Assembly (NCBI RefSeq): GCF_031537875.1
Contig: NZ_JAVKNB010000011.1
Coordinates: 51,329-115,328, forward strand
DNA length: 64,000 nt
Direction of reading: 5' to 3'
Source: Flavobacterium sp.
Lineage (GTDB): Bacteria > Bacteroidota > Bacteroidia > Flavobacteriales > Flavobacteriaceae
The position numbers and the translations under genes are program-made. Numbering within the stretch: position 1 is the stretch's first letter; every line of letters begins with the position of its first letter. Below the pieces are notes generated by a model, which did no database searches, had not been told where the DNA came from, and saw only the letters and a list, made by a program, of their open reading frames with translations. Shown one piece after another: positions 55,476 through 63,040 of the stretch.

Positions 55476-56811
55476 TTGTTCCGTTTATCGTTTCAAATAA
55501 TTCCAATGCATTTCCGTCCGTTAACATCGAAACATAATGACAAATATGTAACAGTCGGTCGTATAGATTTTCTTTTTCTAAATCGTGTTTTTCAGGCAAC
55601 ATTTTCAGAATTAATTGGTCGTAATTCGAAGCATTTCCATTGAATTTGTTATTGAATGCCGAAATGAATTTGTCCAATAAGGTTTGGATAATTTGGTAGC
55701 CCACAATTTCTTTTTCGATGACTTCTCGACTTTGGTAAATATTTTTAACGCTCAATTTAATGATGTCGTCCATTTGCGCTTTGTACTTGCTTTTGTCGGT
55801 TAATGCATAAGGGAATTTACCAGCCAAAATAGCTTCTTCGTTTTCAATAAAAACCCGAACAGCATCGTTAATTAAACTGCCAATGGCTAACGCTCTCAGG
55901 TAGCTGATTCGGTCTTCTTTAGTATTTAAAGTGCTGTATTTAGCCCTGTCGATAGAATCTTTCACTAGTTTAATGAGGTATTCTAAGGCAAATTCTTCTT
56001 GAACTAAACCCAAATTGATTCCGTCTTCAAAATCAATAATGGTGTAACAAATATCATCGGCTGCTTCAACCAAATAGGCTAGTGGATGTCTTTCAAATCC
56101 AATATCTTTTCCTGATTTATTTGGAATCAAACCCATGTCTGCAGCGACTTCTTCAAAGAAGTTTTTATCACTTTGGAAGAAACCATATTTTTTATCTGAA
56201 ATATTCTTAGTAGGTTTTTTAGGCAAACTCTCTTTAGGGTATTTCATAAAAGCACCTAGGGTTGCAAATGAAATTCGTAATCCCCCTTCAATCCCAGGAC
56301 GATCAGCTGTCAAAACCGAAAATCCGTTGGCATTGCCTTCAAAATCAATTAAATCTTGCCATTGTTTAGGGCTGAGCTGGTCTTTGTATTGCTGTCCTTT
56401 TCCTATAGAAAAATATTCGCCAATAGCTTTTTCTCCCGAATGCCCAAAAGGCGGATTTCCAATGTCATGAGCCAAGGATGCAGCGGCAACAATAGCGCCA
56501 AAATCATTCATGTGATAACCGTGAACTTCTTTTAAATGCGGGTATTTCTCTAGTATTTTTTTTCCTACCAATCGGCCTAAAGAACGACCTACCACAGATA
56601 CTTCTAAGCTGTGTGTCAATCGGGTGTGAACAAAGTCGGTTTTAGAAAGTGGGATGACTTGGGTTTTGTCTTGTAAACTTCTAAAAGCCGCCGAAAAGAT
56701 AATACGATCGTAATCTACTTCAAATCCCAAACGGGTGTCGTCTTGTTCTACACGCAATCTTTTGCCTTTGTCGCCTTGTCTTTTTAATGATAAAAGTTGT
56801 TCCCAGTTCAT
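55465..56811 (-). CDS. dgt: dGTP triphosphohydrolase-like HD-domain protein
   Basis: RTRLTHSLEV and LAHDIGNPPFGH HD motifs. 448 aa. Confidence 0.88.
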   Translation of the reverse strand: MNWEQLLSLKRQGDKGKRLRVEQDDTRLGFEVDYDRIIFSAAFRSLQDKTQVIPLSKTDFVHTRLTHSLEVSVVGRSLGRLVGKKILEKYPHLKEVHGYHMNDFGAIVAAASLAHDIGNPPFGHSGEKAIGEYFSIGKGQQYKDQLSPKQWQDLIDFEGNANGFSVLTADRPGIEGGLRISFATLGAFMKYPKESLPKKPTKNISDKKYGFFQSDKNFFEEVAADMGLIPNKSGKDIGFERHPLAYLVEAADDICYTIIDFEDGINLGLVQEEFALEYLIKLVKDSIDRAKYSTLNTKEDRISYLRALAIGSLINDAVRVFIENEEAILAGKFPYALTDKSKYKAQMDDIIKLSVKNIYQSREVIEKEIVGYQIIQTLLDKFISAFNNKFNGNASNYDQLILKMLPEKHDLEKENLYDRLLHICHYVSMLTDGNALELFETINGTKKS

Positions 56812-56845
56812 CGCTTGGTAGTATTTGTGAATTACAAATGTAAAT

Positions 56846-56877
56846 AAAAAAACCCGACGCTTAAGAGTCGGGTTTTT
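56846..56877 (-). terminator. Intrinsic terminator after the DUF3127 gene
   Basis: ACCCGAC-N8-GTCGGGT with a T7 tract on the - strand. Confidence 0.8.
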
Positions 56878-56894
56878 ATGAATATTCAGAAAGA

Positions 56895-57278
56895 TTAAAA
56901 CGGTAAATCGTCTGGCTCTTCTTCATTTAAATTAGTTGCTGGAGCAAAAGTTTCTGCTGTTGGCATTGGAGGAGTTTGTGATGCAGCGGCAGGAGCTTCT
57001 GCTTGAACTTTACCAATTCTCCAACCTTGAATAGTATTGAAATAAACTGTTTCACCTTGTTGGTTGGTCCACTCACGACCTCTTAGGTTGATGTCAATTT
57101 TAACTTGATCACCTACTTGGTAGCTGTTTAATAAGTCACATTTGTCTTGAACAAATTGAACCAAAATATGTTGTGGGTATTGTTCGTCAGTAGTAACAAC
57201 AATATCTCTTTTTTTGAAACCACCAGAACCTACTTCTTTAGTTTGGTCAATCATTTTTACTCTTCCTGTAACTTCCAT
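56895..57278 (-). CDS. DUF3127-like OB-fold protein with an SSB-type acidic C-terminal tip
   Basis: A ~85-aa beta-rich N-domain, a P/A/Q-rich linker and the terminal EEEPDDLPF. See the findings. Confidence 0.65.
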   Translation of the reverse strand: MEVTGRVKMIDQTKEVGSGGFKKRDIVVTTDEQYPQHILVQFVQDKCDLLNSYQVGDQVKIDINLRGREWTNQQGETVYFNTIQGWRIGKVQAEAPAAASQTPPMPTAETFAPATNLNEEEPDDLPF

Positions 57279-57439
57279 CTGTATTATTTTTTAAGTTTAT
57301 TTCTTCTTTAGATTTACAAATATACTAACTTCTTCTTTTCTAGGCAAGAGGTCTTTTTTGATAGGATTAATTTTTCTTTGGCGAAGGCCTAAAATCTTTT
57401 TCAAATTATTTCGTTACATTTATAATCTAAATTTGATGT

Positions 57440-58594
57440 ATGTTTTTCTCAGACAGAAGAAATGCCACGCGCTGGTTTATCATATTGGTCTCTTTCTTGA
57501 TTATTTCATTAATACTTTGGAATACCTATACTTTTTTTCAAATTTTCAAAAATGAAGAACGTTTAAAAATGAATCTTTGGGCGAAGGCTCAAAAAACATT
57601 AATCAATGCCGATGAAAATACCGACGTGGAATTGCCTCTGCAAATTTTCAGTACAAACTCGTCGATTCCAATTATTTTGACCGAGAATAATAAGATTATT
57701 AATGCGGTGAATATTGAGGATAAAATCATCAAAAGTAAATCAGAATCGGCTCGTTTTTTAGCCGAACTTAAAAACGAAAATGAACCCATTGTAATTGAAT
57801 ATGCACCCGGAAAGTTTCAGGAATTGTATTATGGTAATTCGGCTTTGTTGAATAAATTAAAATACTATCCGGTTGCCTTATTGTTAATTATTGTTTTGTT
57901 TGCTGCTTTGGTGTATAACTTTTACCGAAGTACAAAAATGGCGACTCAAAACAAACTTTGGGCAGGGATGGCTAAAGAAACGGCACATCAAATAGGAACT
58001 CCTCTTTCCTCTCTGATTGGTTGGATCGAATTATTGAAGGCTGAAAATGTTGCTGAATCCACCACGTTAGAAATTGAAAAAGACATTGACCGCTTGCAAA
58101 CCATTACGGATCGTTTTTCTAAAATTGGGTCGGAGCCCAAATTAGAAATGCAGGATATTATTGCAGCAACCCAAGAAACATTTGATTATTTACAGTCACG
58201 ATTCTCCAAGCAAGTCGTGTTCTCTTTTCAAGCGCCCAAAATTCCTGTTTTTGTTTTGTTTAACGCTACTTTGCACAGTTGGACCATTGAGAATTTGGTA
58301 AAAAATGCCATCGATGCCATGAAAGGGAAAGGTAATTTAGATTTGGTTATTGAGCAAGAAGGGGATTGGGTCAAAATAAAGGTTTCGGATACAGGAAGTG
58401 GGATTCCTAAAAAACAATTCAAAATGATATTTGAACCTGGTTTTACTACCAAAAAAAGAGGTTGGGGTTTAGGACTTTCTCTAACTAAACGAATCGTGGA
58501 AGAGTACCATAAAGGACTTATTAAAGTCGTTCAGTCGGAAATAGGAAAAGGAAGTACGATACAATTGAGTTATAAAAAAAGCGAATCGGTTTAA
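57440..58594 (+). CDS. Membrane sensor histidine kinase (orphan; no adjacent response regulator)
   Basis: Two TM segments, an H-box ETAHQIGTPLSSL and an HATPase_c domain (N-box LVKNAIDA, G-boxes DTGSGI and GWGLGL). A TAAATTTG box at 57428-57435 lies 4 nt before the ATG. Confidence 0.88.
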   Translation: MFFSDRRNATRWFIILVSFLIISLILWNTYTFFQIFKNEERLKMNLWAKAQKTLINADENTDVELPLQIFSTNSSIPIILTENNKIINAVNIEDKIIKSKSESARFLAELKNENEPIVIEYAPGKFQELYYGNSALLNKLKYYPVALLLIIVLFAALVYNFYRSTKMATQNKLWAGMAKETAHQIGTPLSSLIGWIELLKAENVAESTTLEIEKDIDRLQTITDRFSKIGSEPKLEMQDIIAATQETFDYLQSRFSKQVVFSFQAPKIPVFVLFNATLHSWTIENLVKNAIDAMKGKGNLDLVIEQEGDWVKIKVSDTGSGIPKKQFKMIFEPGFTTKKRGWGLGLSLTKRIVEEYHKGLIKVVQSEIGKGSTIQLSYKKSESV

Positions 58595-58609
58595 ACTGAT
58601 TCGCTTTTT
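58576..58609. terminator. Bidirectional terminator between the kinase gene and the HIT gene (overlaps the kinase 3' end)
   Basis: AAAAAGCGAATCGGT-TTAA-ACTGATTCGCTTTTT, one mismatch. Confidence 0.75.
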
Positions 58610-58614
58610 GTTTG

Positions 58615-59004
58615 TTATAAATTACTTTGAATTTCTTTGGCTAAAGCCTCAAATTCATCTTTAGTCATTGTGACTTTATTTTGGAATCGCATTTCGTCCA
58701 TTTCATTCAATGGAATTAAGTGAATGTGAGCGTGAGGTACTTCTAAACCAATTGCCGCCATCCCGATACGTTTGCAAGGGACTGTTTTTTGTAATGCAGT
58801 AGCTATTTTTTTAGAAAATTGCATTAAATCCAAATACAATTCATCCTCTATTTCAAAAAGTTGGTCAATTTCTTGTTTTGGAATACATAGCGTATGTCCT
58901 TTTGCATTGGGATTAACATCCAAAAAGGCTAAGAAATTAGCATCTTCTGCAATTTTGTAACAAGGAATTTCTCCGTTTACGATTTTGGTAAAAATAGAAC
59001 TCAT
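58615..59004 (-). CDS. HIT-family nucleotide hydrolase/transferase
   Basis: Histidine triad VPHAHIHLIP. 129 aa. Confidence 0.9.
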   Translation of the reverse strand: MSSIFTKIVNGEIPCYKIAEDANFLAFLDVNPNAKGHTLCIPKQEIDQLFEIEDELYLDLMQFSKKIATALQKTVPCKRIGMAAIGLEVPHAHIHLIPLNEMDEMRFQNKVTMTKDEFEALAKEIQSNL

Positions 59005-59014
59005 TGGGCTTGAA

Positions 59015-59491
59015 TTAGTCTCTTGTAATTTCTAAGATATCAAATTTTAATACTCCATTAGGTACCGTAATTTCGGCTACTTCTCCTACAGATTTTCCTA
59101 ATAATCCTTTACCAATAGGTGAAGTTACAGAGATTTTACCTGTTTTTAAATCCGCTTCACTTTCAGCTACCAAAGTATATACCATTTCCATACCATTAGT
59201 TTGGTTTTTGATTTTTACTTTAGACAAAACCAATACTTTGGAAGTATCTAAATGACTTTCGTCAATCAAACGGGCGTTAGAATGAATTTCTTCTAATTTA
59301 GCAATACGCATTTCTAACATACCTTGCGCTTCTTTAGCGGCATCGTATTCAGCATTTTCAGATAAATCACCTTTATCTCTTGCATCGGCAATATCTTGAG
59401 ATGCTTTTGGACGCATCACATTTTTTAAGTAATCTAATTCTTCTCGTAATTTTTTTAATCCTTCTGCGGTGTAATAAGATACTGTGCTCAT
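59015..59491 (-). CDS. greA: Transcription elongation factor GreA
   Basis: Starts at ATG 59491 (MSTVSYYTAEGLKKLREEL). Has a coiled-coil N-domain with acidic-tip residues (DLSENAEYDAAKE) and a C-terminal FKBP-like domain. Confidence 0.92.
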   Translation of the reverse strand: MSTVSYYTAEGLKKLREELDYLKNVMRPKASQDIADARDKGDLSENAEYDAAKEAQGMLEMRIAKLEEIHSNARLIDESHLDTSKVLVLSKVKIKNQTNGMEMVYTLVAESEADLKTGKISVTSPIGKGLLGKSVGEVAEITVPNGVLKFDILEITRD

Positions 59492-59518
59492 AACTTCATC
59501 GTTTATATAAAATAGAAA

Positions 59519-59540
59519 AAATCCCATCAGGACGGGATTT
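59519..59540 (-). promoter_or_regulatory. Hairpin plus U-tract in the greA 5' leader (possible attenuator or 5' stabiliser)
   Basis: On the - strand: AAATCCC-GTCCTGAT-GGGATTT followed by TTTCTATTTT, ~25 nt upstream of the greA ATG and just downstream of a TATCTTTG box (59555-59548). Confidence 0.4.
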
Positions 59541-59658
59541 CTTTCCACAAAGATAGTATAAATTTATTTAGACTGTAAATATATTCTTTATCACAATCTA
59601 TATCAAATGTAAATAAATTAAATTTGTTTCACTAATTCTTAGCGCTAATTCTTAAATA

Positions 59659-60072
59659 ATGAAAAAGTCTGTATTGTTGTCTGTTCTTTTTTTGATGCTC
59701 ATTTCTTGCTCTACTAACGGACCTGTAAATACGAATCCTTTTATTCCTAATTATACTTTTACAGTAGACATCAATATGAACTTGCCTTTGTATTCCAATC
59801 TTCAGTATCCAAGCAATGCGGTTTATTATGCAGGGAAAGGAGTAAAGGGTCTTATTATTTTCAATACAGGAAGCGGTTACAATGCTTTTGATGCAGCTTG
59901 CCCAAATCAAAGTGTAAGTTCCTGTGCCGCTATGACGATTAACGGAATTGAGGCAGTTTGTTCTTGTGATGGCAAAACGTATAGTTTGTTTACAGGACAA
60001 GGCAGTTTGCAATACCCAATGAAACAATACCGAGTAGAAGTAAACGGTAATGTACTTCATATTTATAATTAA
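59659..60072 (+). CDS. Small lipoprotein with a degenerate Rieske-like Cys pattern
   Basis: Lipobox LISC. AACPNQ...(N14)...CSCDGKTY parallels the Rieske CxH...CxxH pattern, with His replaced by Asn/Asp. Confidence 0.6.
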   Translation: MKKSVLLSVLFLMLISCSTNGPVNTNPFIPNYTFTVDINMNLPLYSNLQYPSNAVYYAGKGVKGLIIFNTGSGYNAFDAACPNQSVSSCAAMTINGIEAVCSCDGKTYSLFTGQGSLQYPMKQYRVEVNGNVLHIYN

Positions 60073-60101
60073 AAAATCCTGACATCGCTGCCAGGATTTT
60101 T
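60071..60101. terminator. Bidirectional terminator between the lipoprotein gene and the TonB-dependent receptor gene
   Basis: AAATCCTG-N10-CAGGATTT flanked by A and T runs. Confidence 0.7.
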
Positions 60102-60124
60102 CGAATTTATAATAAAAAAGTAAT

Positions 60125-62260
60125 CTAAAATTTCAATGTCAATCCCGCTAGGAAGTTAGTCCCTGCTTGTGGGTAATAATACGGATAGATGTCCCACATA
60201 TAGCCATTTGAACTGTATTTTTTATCTAAAATATTATTGACTAATCCTTTGATTACAATGGATTTGAAAATTGATTTTGGTTTGATTTCATAAGAAATAT
60301 TCAGATCGTTGATAAAGTAATCGGCTAATGTAGATTCAGCTGATTCAATATTGTTCATGTATTGTTGACCTACGTATTTTTGTAACCAAACAATTTGAAG
60401 ACTTTCGGTAGGCTTGTAAATCAAACTATTTCCAGCTATTACAGATGGTGAATACGAAATGTCTTTAGTTCCGTAATTATGTCCACTTACCGCTAAATCT
60501 AGATTTTTATTACGACTTAGTGTAAAATTAGGATGAACACTGATTTGTTTTGATACTACAAAAGTAGCATCAACTTCTAATCCTAATCGATAGCTTTTTT
60601 CACTGTTAGAACGAATAGGACTTCCTACATCATCTAAGGTTCCGGTAAGAATCAATTGGTCTTTGTAAGCCATGTAATATAGGTTTGAATTGAATTGAAT
60701 TTTTTCAGACAAATACCTCCAACCCAATTCAAAATCATTCAGTTTTTCAGGTTTTACACTTCCTCCTTCATAATCGGTACGATTAGGTTCTCTATTGGCT
60801 CTTGCATACGAAAAATAGAGGTTGTTTTTATCATTGATGGTATAGTTTACACCTGCTTTTGGATTGAAAAAAGTAAAGTTGTCATTCACTAATCCCGTTT
60901 CATACGAATTGGCTTTGTAATGTACATTTCGAACTTGTAAATCGCCAAAAAGGCTTAGGTTTTCGGCTACTTGATAATTGATTTTTGCAAAAGTAGTGCC
61001 ATCTGTTTTAGAAGCATAATCATCGTAGTAATGATCGCCCAGTTCTGATTGTGATGCATATCTTGCCCAAATCACTTTACCAAAATGATCGCCTTCGTAT
61101 TTGTTATAGCTGCCGCCAAAGATTACTTCTAATTGTTTTGATTGGTAATTTGCAGAGAAGGTAGTACCGTAGAAATTATTATCCAACCATTTTTGGCGAA
61201 TTAAATCAGTAGTACTGATTGTTGTTCCGTTGATTACAATGGGAGTTAAGCCATAACTTGAGAAATCAGCCTCTTCCTTGTAGTTTTCATAATATCCTTT
61301 CCCTTTGGTATAATGGAATGCTAAATTGGTATTCCAATTACTTGAAATTTTTTCGTTCCAATGCAATTGGTAGTGATCTTGTTGGTAATTGTCGGTTTCA
61401 TTGTTGTAATAACGAGTTTGCCCCAATTCATCCGTAAAAACCCCCGCCGAATTGAAGGTTCTGTTGCTTAACAAAGTTTCGCCATCAATACCATTCCAAG
61501 ACTGGTAGGTTTTTTCCTTTCCTCCAAAAGCTAAGACTTTGATTAAAGTGGTTTTGCCTACATACGTCCCTTGCAAAAAGTAGGATTTCAAATCAGAACT
61601 TGCACGGTCTATATACCCATCTGACTTGAGTGTAGAAACACGTCCTGCAATTTCAAAATGATCATTAAGTAGACCTGTGCTAAATTTCACGGTGTGTTTG
61701 TGGGTATTGAAACTTCCAAATGAATTGGATATTTCGCCAGAAGCCTTTTCTGAATACGAATCGGTTAACATGTTTAAGCTGGCTCCAAAAGCACCCGCTC
61801 CATTTGTTGAGGTACCTACACCGCGTTGCAATTGCACACTTTGAAGTGAAGAAGCAAAATCAGGCATATTGACCCAATAGGTTCCATGGCTTTCTGAATC
61901 GTTGTACGGAATTCCGTTGATGGTTACGTTGACGCGAGTAGCATCGCTTCCACGAACACGAATCCCAGTATAACCCACACCATTTCCAGCGTCTGAAGTG
62001 GTTACTACCGAAGGTAAATAATTTATCAAAATAGGAATGTCTTGCCCTAAATTTCGAGTTTGAATTTCTTTTTTGGATAGGTTGCTAAAACTAACCGGAG
62101 TTTTGGAAGTTACTCGAATCGCCGAGACTAACACTTCGTCGAGTTGATTGACTTGCGTGGTGTCTTTTTGTTTTTCTTGAGCAAATGTTGTTAAAGAGAA
62201 CAACAGAAATGAGTTAACAAATAGTTGTTTTCGGCTCGTTTTGAATAATAAAAATTTCAT
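60125..62260 (-). CDS. TonB-dependent outer-membrane receptor under TPP-riboswitch control (probable thiamine or thiamine-precursor importer)
   Basis: Signal peptide, a TonB box/plug (LDEVLVSA ... NGIPYND) and a 22-strand-type barrel ending GLTLKF. A THI-box lies in the leader. Confidence 0.9.
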   Translation of the reverse strand: MKFLLFKTSRKQLFVNSFLLFSLTTFAQEKQKDTTQVNQLDEVLVSAIRVTSKTPVSFSNLSKKEIQTRNLGQDIPILINYLPSVVTTSDAGNGVGYTGIRVRGSDATRVNVTINGIPYNDSESHGTYWVNMPDFASSLQSVQLQRGVGTSTNGAGAFGASLNMLTDSYSEKASGEISNSFGSFNTHKHTVKFSTGLLNDHFEIAGRVSTLKSDGYIDRASSDLKSYFLQGTYVGKTTLIKVLAFGGKEKTYQSWNGIDGETLLSNRTFNSAGVFTDELGQTRYYNNETDNYQQDHYQLHWNEKISSNWNTNLAFHYTKGKGYYENYKEEADFSSYGLTPIVINGTTISTTDLIRQKWLDNNFYGTTFSANYQSKQLEVIFGGSYNKYEGDHFGKVIWARYASQSELGDHYYDDYASKTDGTTFAKINYQVAENLSLFGDLQVRNVHYKANSYETGLVNDNFTFFNPKAGVNYTINDKNNLYFSYARANREPNRTDYEGGSVKPEKLNDFELGWRYLSEKIQFNSNLYYMAYKDQLILTGTLDDVGSPIRSNSEKSYRLGLEVDATFVVSKQISVHPNFTLSRNKNLDLAVSGHNYGTKDISYSPSVIAGNSLIYKPTESLQIVWLQKYVGQQYMNNIESAESTLADYFINDLNISYEIKPKSIFKSIVIKGLVNNILDKKYSSNGYMWDIYPYYYPQAGTNFLAGLTLKF

Positions 62261-62354
62261 TCGTAAAAAAAATTACGAATAACAGGGGTAAATTATTCTT
62301 GGTTAAAAAATTAAAATGGTTACTCTAGACCTCAAGATTAACGTGCACATTAAT

Positions 62355-62445
62355 TGTTGGTCTGTTTTCCCTTAGCGGCATTACCCGCTCAGGTTCATTG
62401 GGTATAATCTCAGCTCGTTATTTAGAGCACCCCGTGAGACTGTGC
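62355..62445 (-). promoter_or_regulatory. TPP (thiamine pyrophosphate, THI-box) riboswitch aptamer
   Basis: The - strand carries GGGGUGC...GCUGAGA..UACCC...ACCUGA.CGGGUAAUGCC.CUAAGGGAA, with all conserved blocks in order and correctly spaced. Confidence 0.9.
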
Positions 62446-62474
62446 AAAGATAGAAAAATCAATTTCAATAGCAA
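62445..62474 (-). promoter_or_regulatory. Promoter of the riboswitch-receptor transcript (TTG, 19-nt spacer, TATCTTTG)
   Basis: On the - strand: TTG at 62474-62472, 19 nt, then TATCTTTG at 62452-62445. The aptamer begins a few nt downstream. Confidence 0.6.
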
Positions 62475-62512
62475 TGGTAATTTCAAAAATCAATTTCAAA
62501 TACAAAATCAAA

Positions 62513-62563
62513 CCTTGCATCCTTGCGTCCCTGCCTGCGGCAAGCAGGTTTGTGGCAAAAAAA
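62513..62563 (+). repeat. Intergenic element CCTTGCAT/CCTTGCGT...CCTGC-GGCAA-GCAGG...TTTGTGGCA7 abutting the arfB stop
   Basis: Read directly. Contains short CCTTGC repeats, a 5-bp hairpin and the GTGGCAAAAAAA terminus, pointing toward arfB. Confidence 0.65.
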
Positions 62564-62565
62564 TA

Positions 62566-62970
62566 CTAATCTAAATCAGGTTTTCTGCGAGATTTTTTGA
62601 TTTCGCCCAGGTTCTTTTTGTCTTTTATTCTTTTTCGAATAGCTGCTTTAGGAATTTTGGTTGCTTTTCTTTCTTTGGGTACCAAAAGCCCTTTTTTTAG
62701 GATTTCAAAAAAGCGTTTGGTGACAATTTCTTTATTCTTGAGTTGGCTTCTGTCTTCGTCACAGTTTAAAATTAAACTATTTTCCGAAGTTAAACGCGAA
62801 TTGAGATTGGTAATAAGTGTTATTTTTTCTTCTTCAGAAAGCCCTTGTGATTTTGGAATGTCAAAGGTTAAAACGACTTTAGAGGAAACTTTATTCACGT
62901 TTTGACCACCGGCTCCGCTACTGCGTACGGCCTTGAAATGGAGTTCGGTAAAAAGCTGTTCTCTGTTCAT
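62566..62970 (-). CDS. arfB: Alternative ribosome-rescue factor ArfB (class I peptidyl-tRNA hydrolase domain)
   Basis: GGQ motif (SSGAGGQNVNKVSSKV) and a basic C-terminal tail. Start set to ATG 62970 (MNREQLF), because the track start is a TTG inside the upstream repeat. Confidence 0.88.
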   Translation of the reverse strand: MNREQLFTELHFKAVRSSGAGGQNVNKVSSKVVLTFDIPKSQGLSEEEKITLITNLNSRLTSENSLILNCDEDRSQLKNKEIVTKRFFEILKKGLLVPKERKATKIPKAAIRKRIKDKKNLGEIKKSRRKPDLD

Positions 62971-63007
62971 TTTTTTTCTGCCACGAAGGCGCAAAGCACT
63001 AAGGATT
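62971..63007 (-). repeat. Intergenic element CCTTAGTGC/TTTGCGCCT/TCGTGGCAG + A7 directly abutting the arfB ATG
   Basis: On the - strand: aaatccttagtgctttgcgccttcgtggcagaaaaaaaATG. Same terminus type as 62513-62563 and 54011-54047. Confidence 0.65.
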
Positions 63008-63040
63008 TTATGCTTAATGTTTCTTAATTAAAAATAAGAA

